Shown one piece after another: positions 18,172 to 25,912 of a DNA stretch of 32,000 nucleotides (position 1 is its first letter; each line of letters starts with the position of its first letter). The notes beneath the pieces are model-generated. The model made no database searches. It was not told the origin of the DNA and saw nothing but the letters and a program-made list of their open reading frames with translations. The stretch lies in assembly GCA_002218005.2 (NCBI GenBank), contig AP018679.1; one strand, written 5' to 3'. This DNA comes from Vibrio algivorus. GTDB lineage: Bacteria; Pseudomonadota; Gammaproteobacteria; Enterobacterales; Vibrionaceae. A program made the translations under genes and the position numbers.

Positions 18172-18558
18172 TTATGCCACTAAGTGGATTACATTTTCAT
18201 CAAAACCATATAAACGGGAAATATCCCCTACTTTCTCTACATAATCAGACGGTCGCTGATTTGCGAAATCTATTTCAATAACTTGAAGTAATGGAACGAC
18301 ATTATCTTTTCCATTGCCTTGTAAATTCTGTAATTGAGCTTTGGAGAAACCCGCCTTAAGCAAAAGATTTAAATTATCGTAAAAAGTACTACTAGAACTA
18401 AAGGTATCTTTAACTGCATTGTAACCATCAGATACCAATGAACGATAAAAACGAAAAACTCTATCGGCCTTTGAATATGACATATTTCCTTTAGGTGTTA
18501 CTTTTACATAAATTGACTTTAAATTTGTATAAACTTCATCATCATTAAATATATTCAT
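18172..18558 (-). CDS. candidate nested gene X-like product (in-frame internal start within gII, 128 aa)
   Basis: Internal ATG at 18558 (Met304, MNIFNDDEV...) is preceded by AAGGGG 6 nt upstream. It aligns with the M13 gene X start (MNIYDDSAV). Confidence 0.45.
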   Translation of the reverse strand: MNIFNDDEVYTNLKSIYVKVTPKGNMSYSKADRVFRFYRSLVSDGYNAVKDTFSSSSTFYDNLNLLLKAGFSKAQLQNLQGNGKDNVVPLLQVIEIDFANQRPSDYVEKVGDISRLYGFDENVIHLVA

Positions 18559-19467
18559 CTTTTGCCCCTTAAGCGCATCTAACAACGGGCTGTACGCTCT
18601 TAACCATATATCTTTAATTAAACAGGATTTGTTTTCTTTTTCATATTTAACTTGATACTTAATAGCATCAATTAATTTTTTAGGTACTTCAAATTCATCT
18701 AAATATCTACGCTTTGCACTAGCTTCAAACCTAACAAGATTGCGAGCATAATTAATTAAAAAAGGGTCACTCATTACATCAATAACTTTATCGTATTCTT
18801 TTGAACCTTTTTCTTTAAGTGAGCGCAATTGATCTAATTGTCTTTTGAATTCAAAATATTTTAAATAAACCTTTCTATCAACATGGCGTGAATTCTTAGA
18901 AAAATATGCGGTAGTCTCATACTCATTACGAACACTAGATCGCATTTGTTTATTTGAAATATTCTTAAGCTGATTAATAACCTGCTTTGACATATCTTCA
19001 TTTTTAACACGAGCAGAATAAGTGCAATCGACACAATCCAAAGTAGCGTTTGGGATATCTAGCATGTTATAGAAATCAGAATAAGCATTAAGCAAGCACA
19101 TCATCATTTCAGTTGAACCATTCAAAATTGACGTTGAACCATAAACATTATGGCCCTGAATAATTTTGGCCGGACTCGCTTTTAACTCTACACAAGCATC
19201 ACGAAGCGGAGTTCCTTGAAAAATCTTAAACGCCATACCAGTAAAGGAAGTAGCTAAACTCTGATAAGGATGACGCAAGTCAGTAACTTCAAAACCGTCA
19301 TTGCGTTCGTTGCCAGTAAAATGAACAGATTTAGCTTCAAGACCTACACCACGAGAAGAACATTCCTTCAAATCAACATAACGAACGCACTGACCAGTAG
19401 CCGTCTGTTGAGTTTGAAGAAGATATTCTTCTTTAAACGGTATAGAGATTTTAAGCATATCAATCAT
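18172..19467 (-). CDS. rolling-circle replication initiator, Ff gene II homologue
   Basis: MIDML start, plus ...FTGMAFKIFQG...VELKASPAKIIQGHNVYG...LVRFEASAKRRYL...MNIFNDDEV...VVPLLQVIEIDFANQRP. These parallel M13 gpII (MIDMLVLRLPF..., VEIKASPAKVLQGHNVFG, LVRFEARIKTRYL, MNIYDDSAV, from memory). Confidence 0.9.
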   Translation of the reverse strand: MIDMLKISIPFKEEYLLQTQQTATGQCVRYVDLKECSSRGVGLEAKSVHFTGNERNDGFEVTDLRHPYQSLATSFTGMAFKIFQGTPLRDACVELKASPAKIIQGHNVYGSTSILNGSTEMMMCLLNAYSDFYNMLDIPNATLDCVDCTYSARVKNEDMSKQVINQLKNISNKQMRSSVRNEYETTAYFSKNSRHVDRKVYLKYFEFKRQLDQLRSLKEKGSKEYDKVIDVMSDPFLINYARNLVRFEASAKRRYLDEFEVPKKLIDAIKYQVKYEKENKSCLIKDIWLRAYSPLLDALKGQKMNIFNDDEVYTNLKSIYVKVTPKGNMSYSKADRVFRFYRSLVSDGYNAVKDTFSSSSTFYDNLNLLLKAGFSKAQLQNLQGNGKDNVVPLLQVIEIDFANQRPSDYVEKVGDISRLYGFDENVIHLVA

Positions 19468-19480
19468 AAAGGTAACTTTG

Positions 19481-19555
19481 TCACAAGTGATTTAGATTAT
19501 AAATTAATACATCATCACATGTGACAATGCAAGAAAAGATACAAATAACTTGTGA
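19481..19555. promoter_or_regulatory. divergent promoter/operator region: three copies of the palindromic motif TCACA(A/T)GTGA
   Basis: TCACAAGTGA at 19481-19490, the perfect palindrome TCACATGTGA at 19515-19524, and ACTTGTGA at 19548-19555 (reverse orientation, 8/10). Spacing is 34 and about 31 bp. A minus-strand TATAAT lies at 19496-19501, between the first two sites. Confidence 0.5.
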
Positions 19556-19599
19556 TGAAGTTACAATGTTATGAAGTGACTCGAAATTAAGGAGGCAAA

Positions 19600-19758
19600 A
19601 TGCCCACTCTAAGACTTGATGAAAAAAGATGGCGAGAGATTGAAAAAAAAGCCGTTGATATGACTATAAAGACACAAAAACCTGTAACGGTACCAGAAGT
19701 AATAAAGGCCGTACTAGATAAATGCTTAAAAGAATTGAAACCAGAAGATCTAAAGTAA
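19600..19758 (+). CDS. 52-aa ribbon-helix-helix-like transcriptional regulator, divergent from gII (RstR-position analogue; below the ORF-track cutoff)
   Basis: AAGGAGG SD 4 nt upstream of the ATG. Hand translation: MPTLRLDEKRWREIEKKAVDMTIKTQKPVTVPEVIKAVLDKCLKELKPEDLK, a short N-terminal strand followed by two helices. It is the only plus-strand gene in the phage and lies between the origin and gII. Confidence 0.6.
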   Translation: MPTLRLDEKRWREIEKKAVDMTIKTQKPVTVPEVIKAVLDKCLKELKPEDLK

Positions 19759-19775
19759 ATTCCGAAATCCGGACA

Positions 19776-19804
19776 AGAGTACACTATTAAAGATAGTGTA
19801 CTCT
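19776..19804 (-). other. plus-strand replication origin hairpin with an Ff-type gpII nick motif
   Basis: The minus strand reads AGAGTACACTAT CTTTA ATAGTGTACTCT, followed by TGTCCGGATTTCGGA. The core CTTTAATAGTGtACTCTTGT matches the f1/M13 origin GTTCTTTAATAGTGGACTCTTGTTCC (from memory). The stem is 12 bp and perfect. Confidence 0.75.
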
Positions 19805-20037
19805 CCCTGCCTCCTTGCTCCTCCGCGCTCAGCTTTCGCTTGTGCGTCGCAATCGTCCGGTCGAGATAAAAATCATTTTAAAAGAGAAAAGAATTCTAGA
19901 GGATGAAGGTTTTTTCATCTAACTGGTATGTCATTTTTTTAACATACCCAGCTTTGGTGCGGTTAGTGACGGATGTCCTCCGAGCACTATGAGAATGTAA
20001 TTACTATGCAGTAGCTTTAGAATTCGGGTGGGCTGAT

Positions 20038-20149
20038 AGTTCGCATTACGGCCATTATGCTAAAGGCGCACTTCGTGCGGTCGCCAGTGCTGCGCAATGG
20101 TACTGACGACCACGCTTTCAACATAATGCCAGACTACGTAATGCGCACT
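20038..20149. other. attP region at the copy 1/copy 2 junction: two inverted dif-like sites able to fold into a forked hairpin
   Basis: Site A (20038-20065) is AGTTCGCATTA CGGCCA TTATGCTAAAG. Site B (20116-20149) has the reverse complement AGTGCGCATTA CGTAGTCTGGCA TTATGTTGAAA. The arms are complementary, the central regions differ (6 versus 12 nt), and the inner stem CGTGCGGTCG/CGACCACG extends the hairpin. Confidence 0.8.
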
Positions 20150-20150
20150 A

Positions 20151-21587
20151 TTAGATTGGTAAAATTGCATCCATATTGGGTAAGTCATTTCTCGATTTAT
20201 TTGGTTGCATTGAATTAGCCAGGTCTGTGATTGGATTGTTAACCTGGTCGCCAAAATCATTTGGTGTTTTTCTCATGTCACACGTCAGGAACTTACGAAC
20301 GCCAGCTGTATTCATTTCAACTAAACAATAATCTAAAACCTTAAATTGATAACCCATCTTTTCTAGCATTGAGTTATAAACATAAGATTCAGAGCCATCA
20401 GTCATTGTTTGTTTAAATACGATTGTTGGTATCACTTTTGTATCTGTTATTTTCAAACTGATGCCGCCTACATATACATTGGTAACATCAAATGGCCAAA
20501 GTTCAGGAACAGTGTTTACGCTGCGATTATTAAAAAACGGCTCACCACTCTCAGACAAAAGGCGACTATCATGAACATCATCAATCTGTACATTACGTAT
20601 CTTAGAATCGGTTTTATCCATTGGTAAAACTTGGTTATTGGTTTGGCCAGTTTGGTTAACGGTTTGATTAGAATTGATATCCTGTGTTGAATCATCAGAA
20701 TTATAACGTTGATACGCATCGATGCCCCCATAAATGACATAAAGAATTGAACAAAGCCCTAGCAACATTACTAAGACAAATTTGAAATTTGATAATGGAC
20801 TAGAAGCAAGTCCTGATTTTGTTGTTTTGCCCGTTACTGTTGATTTATAAAGAAGATGAACCGCAAGAGGAACTTTAACCCGTCTACACTCTTCAGGCTT
20901 TGGACTGTTAAAGCTCGTTGCGTTTGGGTCATGTTCATACAATCTAGGTTTGCGCTTTGTGAAAAAAAACGAATCTTTAGATTTATGATGTATGGCAACC
21001 TCAGCACATGAACGAACTTCAGTAGATAACTTTTTAATATTGGGTGTAACGAAAGTAATATCCCAGTTAAAGTGACGGTGTCTTGATATCGATTCTTCAA
21101 ACGTTGGAGGTAATCGAATGAGCCCATTATCATCAAATAAAGTTTCCCCTGAATCATCAATATCAATAGTTGATTCATCTGGTTTATAAGCCTCTAAAAC
21201 ACGGTTATAAAAATCTGGATACCAGTCAGGCAAACCCTCTTTAAACTTTTCCAAACCTTGATATGTATTCTTAGCCATATCAAAGCCGACCGTTTTAGAA
21301 TATATGTCCTGACATTCATCAATGATCATATAAGCGCCCATAGGCATCCAGTTGTAGAAGTTCTGCCACATATAACGGCCAGATTCAGTAAGCGAATAGA
21401 TTTTTATAATTTTGGCTGATGGTGGAAATCGCTCACCTAGACGTTTTTCAATAGTTTCAACACTTTCCATACCTTGTATGTTTGTGACAACAACACGACC
21501 ATTTCTAAGCGCAGGTAGTAAATCAAACCATACAGCGGTAGCTGACTTGTAAGAACCATTGGCACCATGACGAATTTTAACAGCCAT
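20151..21587 (-). CDS. Zot/pI-family phage assembly ATPase (copy 2)
   Basis: Translation identical to 13838..15274. Confidence 0.88.
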   Translation of the reverse strand: MAVKIRHGANGSYKSATAVWFDLLPALRNGRVVVTNIQGMESVETIEKRLGERFPPSAKIIKIYSLTESGRYMWQNFYNWMPMGAYMIIDECQDIYSKTVGFDMAKNTYQGLEKFKEGLPDWYPDFYNRVLEAYKPDESTIDIDDSGETLFDDNGLIRLPPTFEESISRHRHFNWDITFVTPNIKKLSTEVRSCAEVAIHHKSKDSFFFTKRKPRLYEHDPNATSFNSPKPEECRRVKVPLAVHLLYKSTVTGKTTKSGLASSPLSNFKFVLVMLLGLCSILYVIYGGIDAYQRYNSDDSTQDINSNQTVNQTGQTNNQVLPMDKTDSKIRNVQIDDVHDSRLLSESGEPFFNNRSVNTVPELWPFDVTNVYVGGISLKITDTKVIPTIVFKQTMTDGSESYVYNSMLEKMGYQFKVLDYCLVEMNTAGVRKFLTCDMRKTPNDFGDQVNNPITDLANSMQPNKSRNDLPNMDAILPI

Positions 21588-21589
21588 AA

Positions 21590-21997
21590 TTAAGACCCCA
21601 TGAAATCTAGAACAAATCGAGTAACCATTGCTTCAACGATTCGGGTTAAACCAACAAAAATTCCATATTGATTCATCAAGCCTTTTTGCTGTGTTGAAAG
21701 ACCTGAAAAAGCATCATTAAGAAGTGAATCGAGGGAAAGATTTTGCATAAGTGAAATAGCTACACCATAAGCAAATTGAATAGATTCAAGCTGTAATTTG
21801 AGCTTAATAATCACGCAATATTCAATGATGTAAGCGAACATTTGTTGAAAAAATGTAGGGGCATAACTGAAAAAATCACCAACATAATCCCCAATATCAA
21901 CAAAATAACCAATGATTGAGTTTTCTTCTTCTGGAGTAGCTGCATAAGTGCCAGACGAAAAAAACAAAAGTAAAAACGGAATAAAAAGGATCTTCAT
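21590..21997 (-). CDS. gene VI-position minor coat protein (copy 2)
   Basis: Translation identical to 15277..15684. Confidence 0.6.
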   Translation of the reverse strand: MKILFIPFLLLFFSSGTYAATPEEENSIIGYFVDIGDYVGDFFSYAPTFFQQMFAYIIEYCVIIKLKLQLESIQFAYGVAISLMQNLSLDSLLNDAFSGLSTQQKGLMNQYGIFVGLTRIVEAMVTRFVLDFMGS

Positions 21998-21998
21998 C

Positions 21999-23402
21999 TT
22001 ATCGTCTCCTTACGATAATAATTGAAAAGGCAACCAGTGAACAAAGAGCAATGATTGCGGTAGAAATTAAGCTTGAATTATCAGACCAATATGAATTAGA
22101 AGTGCTAACAGTCCCCCATCTACCAGATAGAGTTATATTTTCATCAGAATAAGAACCTCCAGAGAAAGACGGAGCAATGTTTAAGTCAGTTTTAAACTGA
22201 TTTATTTTGTCTTGAATCTGTTGAGTTAAATCATCTTTTTTCTGAGATAACTCGGCGAACTTTGAAGAATCAAAGACAGTAGAAAAATGATTCGATTGGG
22301 TGAAGTCCGGCAAATCTCCAAACGGTGTTTTATTACAGTCTGGGTATTCTGGATTTTTATCACAAAATGATTTATTCATTTCATTTTCTATATTGTCTAA
22401 GTGCTTATTGGTTTGCGTAGTTCCTGAGAGTTGTTGACCAAGTTTCTTATTGATTTCTGTCTGTTGACCAAGTTGAGCTTTATAAAGTTTATTGTTCTGG
22501 TCAGATTTGGAATCATAATTAGTAATAAACTCTTTCATTTTATGATTCATATTTTCAAGGTGTTGATTGGTAATAACCGCTTCTTTGTAAAGTGCATTAT
22601 CCCCCTCGGTTAAATTTGGGTTATCGCTAAGACTTGATGAATCTGGATTTTGATTAGGGTCATCCGTGAAAGGTGTATCAGAGTTATTACATAAATCGAT
22701 ACCTAATTCACAAGGATTAGGGTTTGAATTTAAATCATCAGGATTAGTAGATTCTTCTGGAATTTCTTCAGGCGGTGTTTCTGGAGGTAAAGCACACTCT
22801 TCATTTTCAGGATTACAAATAGGTGTTTCTGGATTAGTTTCAGATTCACAAGTTAAACCCTGTATGCAATCTTTTTTATCATAATTACATGAAGTACTAA
22901 CATCAGGTGAATTATTTGACTCATTATCAACACAAGACCAATTAAAAACAGTTTCATAAAAAGAACTATTAGGATTGTTTAATTGACATGAATATTGTTC
23001 ATTTTGAAATTGTTTTTGAATAGATGAATCGGAACAAAAAGTTGGTTCAATCTGACATCGACCATCAGAAGTTTCAACTGGATGAGTAGCAGGACAACCA
23101 GAAAAAGGAGAAAAAGAACCGTCATAGGCTGCTATTCTCACATTAGCAGAAGTAGCTTTGCACCAAATGCCATTCGAAACAACTTGAGGATTATCCAAAC
23201 AAAGTTCTGTATCAAGTGAAGATAAATAGGGTAAACATAATGAATGTGGTTTGGATGAAAGATAAGTATCAAAATAAACAGGTTCACTTTTATAAAACGT
23301 ACAACGGGCTTTTAAAATTACTTTATCAACTGTTTCAGCCTTAACGGGAATCGTATAAATATTAGAAAATACAAAAACGAAAAATAATAAAATCCATTTC
23401 AT
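21999..23402 (-). CDS. pIII-like adsorption protein (copy 2)
   Basis: Translation identical to 15686..17089. Confidence 0.8.
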   Translation of the reverse strand: MKWILLFFVFVFSNIYTIPVKAETVDKVILKARCTFYKSEPVYFDTYLSSKPHSLCLPYLSSLDTELCLDNPQVVSNGIWCKATSANVRIAAYDGSFSPFSGCPATHPVETSDGRCQIEPTFCSDSSIQKQFQNEQYSCQLNNPNSSFYETVFNWSCVDNESNNSPDVSTSCNYDKKDCIQGLTCESETNPETPICNPENEECALPPETPPEEIPEESTNPDDLNSNPNPCELGIDLCNNSDTPFTDDPNQNPDSSSLSDNPNLTEGDNALYKEAVITNQHLENMNHKMKEFITNYDSKSDQNNKLYKAQLGQQTEINKKLGQQLSGTTQTNKHLDNIENEMNKSFCDKNPEYPDCNKTPFGDLPDFTQSNHFSTVFDSSKFAELSQKKDDLTQQIQDKINQFKTDLNIAPSFSGGSYSDENITLSGRWGTVSTSNSYWSDNSSLISTAIIALCSLVAFSIIIVRRR

Positions 23403-23408
23403 AAGATC

Positions 23409-23432
23409 AAAAAAAGGGGCAATTAAGCCCCC
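23409..23432 (-). terminator. phage internal terminator (copy 2)
   Basis: Same sequence as 17096..17119. Confidence 0.7.
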
Positions 23433-23449
23433 TCTCCTATAGTTAAAAA

Positions 23450-23542
23450 TTAATGTGTTTGAATGCCTGAAACAAAACCATAAATAAAGCTCATGGAGGA
23501 TGAGATACCAAAAATGATTTCTACAGGCATTGACCCCATCAT
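23450..23542 (-). CDS. 30-aa hydrophobic protein (copy 2)
   Basis: Same sequence as 17137..17229. Confidence 0.45.
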   Translation of the reverse strand: MMGSMPVEIIFGISSSMSFIYGFVSGIQTH

Positions 23543-23755
23543 TTACTTATTTAACCAACGAATAAGAAGACCCGCACCAAAGCCGATTGCAGCAACCGAA
23601 ATAACGCCAGCAACTACAAGAGTATAGTTTGCAGAAGAATCTGTAACCGCAGCATTAATATCAGTAGCGTAATCAGCAGCGAACGCAGTAGATGAAGCAG
23701 CAATAGAAGAAACTACAGCACCAGTTTTTAGAGCAATGTTTTTAAAAGTTTTCAT
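23543..23755 (-). CDS. major coat protein (copy 2)
   Basis: Translation identical to 17230..17442. Confidence 0.88.
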   Translation of the reverse strand: MKTFKNIALKTGAVVSSIAASSTAFAADYATDINAAVTDSSANYTLVVAGVISVAAIGFGAGLLIRWLNK

Positions 23756-23779
23756 ATCAATATCCTATAAATAAAAAAA

Positions 23780-23983
23780 TTAAAGTTTGCTCATCCATCG
23801 TACGACTCGGCCAGCTCCATGACCAACGACAAACGAAAGTAAAAGATACCCAGAAACTTCCAGATATAGAGCTTTATCAAACACAAGGTTTGTTTGGGGA
23901 ATGTCAGACGGTTCAAGCAAAATATAACCCTGACAAGTGTCATAGGTATCAGTTGTGACCTGACCATCTAACAAACATTTCAT
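23780..23983 (-). CDS. 67-aa TM-tailed phage protein (copy 2)
   Basis: Translation identical to 17467..17670. Confidence 0.6.
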   Translation of the reverse strand: MKCLLDGQVTTDTYDTCQGYILLEPSDIPQTNLVFDKALYLEVSGYLLLSFVVGHGAGRVVRWMSKL

Positions 23984-24174
23984 ATATGACTCTCAAAAAT
24001 TCCTAGTTCACGAACACGCTTTAAATCAAGGACTTCGTTTGAACCGCAATCTTCACAAGAAATATCACCAATTAAAGAGCAGTCATTATCAGACCTAAAT
24101 AACTGCCAATTGATAGAAGATGAATCACAACAAGTACAAACTAAATCATCATCCTTTAAAGCAAATAAAGTCAT
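23980..24174 (-). CDS. Cys-rich 64-aa phage protein (copy 2)
   Basis: Translation identical to 17667..17861. Confidence 0.6.
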   Translation of the reverse strand: MTLFALKDDDLVCTCCDSSSINWQLFRSDNDCSLIGDISCEDCGSNEVLDLKRVRELGIFESHI

Positions 24175-24473
24175 TACGAAACCTTACTAAGTTGAGCCTG
24201 ATTTACAGGAACTAATTTTAAGTTACGGTCGAACTCTAAGCGGTCGAACTGTCCAACCTTGAAAGAATCTTGGGTAAAATAATATTTACCCTCAGTGTAT
24301 GCAGGTTGCCCTTCCTCAAGTGGAAGACGAAACTCAACAGGGAATTTACCGCCAGTATGAGCGTATGCAACTTGAGAATATAATTTCATCGCAGCTCGTT
24401 TATCATTTGCAGGCAGTTCGCGAACGTCTACCACTTCATTTTCTTTAAATACTTCGATAATTAATTGATTCAT
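24174..24473 (-). CDS. gene V-like ssDNA-binding protein (copy 2)
   Basis: Translation identical to 17861..18160. Confidence 0.88.
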   Translation of the reverse strand: MNQLIIEVFKENEVVDVRELPANDKRAAMKLYSQVAYAHTGGKFPVEFRLPLEEGQPAYTEGKYYFTQDSFKVGQFDRLEFDRNLKLVPVNQAQLSKVS

Positions 24474-24484
24474 TTTTTAATTCC

Positions 24485-25780
24485 TTATGCCACTAAGTGG
24501 ATTACATTTTCATCAAAACCATATAAACGGGAAATATCCCCTACTTTCTCTACATAATCAGACGGTCGCTGATTTGCGAAATCTATTTCAATAACTTGAA
24601 GTAATGGAACGACATTATCTTTTCCATTGCCTTGTAAATTCTGTAATTGAGCTTTGGAGAAACCCGCCTTAAGCAAAAGATTTAAATTATCGTAAAAAGT
24701 ACTACTAGAACTAAAGGTATCTTTAACTGCATTGTAACCATCAGATACCAATGAACGATAAAAACGAAAAACTCTATCGGCCTTTGAATATGACATATTT
24801 CCTTTAGGTGTTACTTTTACATAAATTGACTTTAAATTTGTATAAACTTCATCATCATTAAATATATTCATCTTTTGCCCCTTAAGCGCATCTAACAACG
24901 GGCTGTACGCTCTTAACCATATATCTTTAATTAAACAGGATTTGTTTTCTTTTTCATATTTAACTTGATACTTAATAGCATCAATTAATTTTTTAGGTAC
25001 TTCAAATTCATCTAAATATCTACGCTTTGCACTAGCTTCAAACCTAACAAGATTGCGAGCATAATTAATTAAAAAAGGGTCACTCATTACATCAATAACT
25101 TTATCGTATTCTTTTGAACCTTTTTCTTTAAGTGAGCGCAATTGATCTAATTGTCTTTTGAATTCAAAATATTTTAAATAAACCTTTCTATCAACATGGC
25201 GTGAATTCTTAGAAAAATATGCGGTAGTCTCATACTCATTACGAACACTAGATCGCATTTGTTTATTTGAAATATTCTTAAGCTGATTAATAACCTGCTT
25301 TGACATATCTTCATTTTTAACACGAGCAGAATAAGTGCAATCGACACAATCCAAAGTAGCGTTTGGGATATCTAGCATGTTATAGAAATCAGAATAAGCA
25401 TTAAGCAAGCACATCATCATTTCAGTTGAACCATTCAAAATTGACGTTGAACCATAAACATTATGGCCCTGAATAATTTTGGCCGGACTCGCTTTTAACT
25501 CTACACAAGCATCACGAAGCGGAGTTCCTTGAAAAATCTTAAACGCCATACCAGTAAAGGAAGTAGCTAAACTCTGATAAGGATGACGCAAGTCAGTAAC
25601 TTCAAAACCGTCATTGCGTTCGTTGCCAGTAAAATGAACAGATTTAGCTTCAAGACCTACACCACGAGAAGAACATTCCTTCAAATCAACATAACGAACG
25701 CACTGACCAGTAGCCGTCTGTTGAGTTTGAAGAAGATATTCTTCTTTAAACGGTATAGAGATTTTAAGCATATCAATCAT
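24485..25780 (-). CDS. gene II-like replication initiator (copy 2; nested gX-like start at 24871)
   Basis: Translation identical to 18172..19467. Confidence 0.9.
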   Translation of the reverse strand: MIDMLKISIPFKEEYLLQTQQTATGQCVRYVDLKECSSRGVGLEAKSVHFTGNERNDGFEVTDLRHPYQSLATSFTGMAFKIFQGTPLRDACVELKASPAKIIQGHNVYGSTSILNGSTEMMMCLLNAYSDFYNMLDIPNATLDCVDCTYSARVKNEDMSKQVINQLKNISNKQMRSSVRNEYETTAYFSKNSRHVDRKVYLKYFEFKRQLDQLRSLKEKGSKEYDKVIDVMSDPFLINYARNLVRFEASAKRRYLDEFEVPKKLIDAIKYQVKYEKENKSCLIKDIWLRAYSPLLDALKGQKMNIFNDDEVYTNLKSIYVKVTPKGNMSYSKADRVFRFYRSLVSDGYNAVKDTFSSSSTFYDNLNLLLKAGFSKAQLQNLQGNGKDNVVPLLQVIEIDFANQRPSDYVEKVGDISRLYGFDENVIHLVA

Positions 25781-25793
25781 AAAGGTAACTTTG

Positions 25794-25868
25794 TCACAAG
25801 TGATTTAGATTATAAATTAATACATCATCACATGTGACAATGCAAGAAAAGATACAAATAACTTGTGA
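25794..25868. promoter_or_regulatory. operator/promoter region (copy 2)
   Basis: Same sequence as 19481..19555. Confidence 0.5.
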
Positions 25869-25912
25869 TGAAGTTACAATGTTATGAAGTGACTCGAAAT
25901 TAAGGAGGCAAA

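Larger units (their letters stand above)
13826..20138 (-). mobile_element. filamentous (inovirus) prophage, copy 1; a XerCD/dif-integrating IMEX with no integrase
   Basis: Complete inovirus gene set on the minus strand: gII/gX, gV, small coat proteins, gVIII, gIII-like, gVI-like and gI/Zot. It also has a divergent regulator, an Ff-like origin and dif-like attP sites. Confidence 0.92.

Noticed and set aside
19587-19784. ORF-track minus-strand 65-aa ORF (and its copy at 25900..26097)
   Set aside because: It starts at a GTG inside the origin hairpin and has no SD. Its Ser/Phe-rich composition is typical of antisense translation. It is fully antisense to a plus-strand ORF that has a near-perfect AAGGAGG SD.
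19913-20002. Possible 29-aa plus-strand ORF (MKVFSSNWYVIFLTYPALVRLVTDVLRAL) in the phage non-coding region
   Set aside because: The GAGG lies directly against the ATG with no spacer. The ORF is built from the hairpin sequences, and there is no supporting feature.
20060-20260. 66-aa minus-strand ORF spanning the copy 1/copy 2 junction
   Set aside because: It runs through the attP/dif-like sites and overlaps the 3' end of the gI/Zot gene in another frame. It has no SD and exists only at the internal junction, so it is a by-product of the tandem arrangement.
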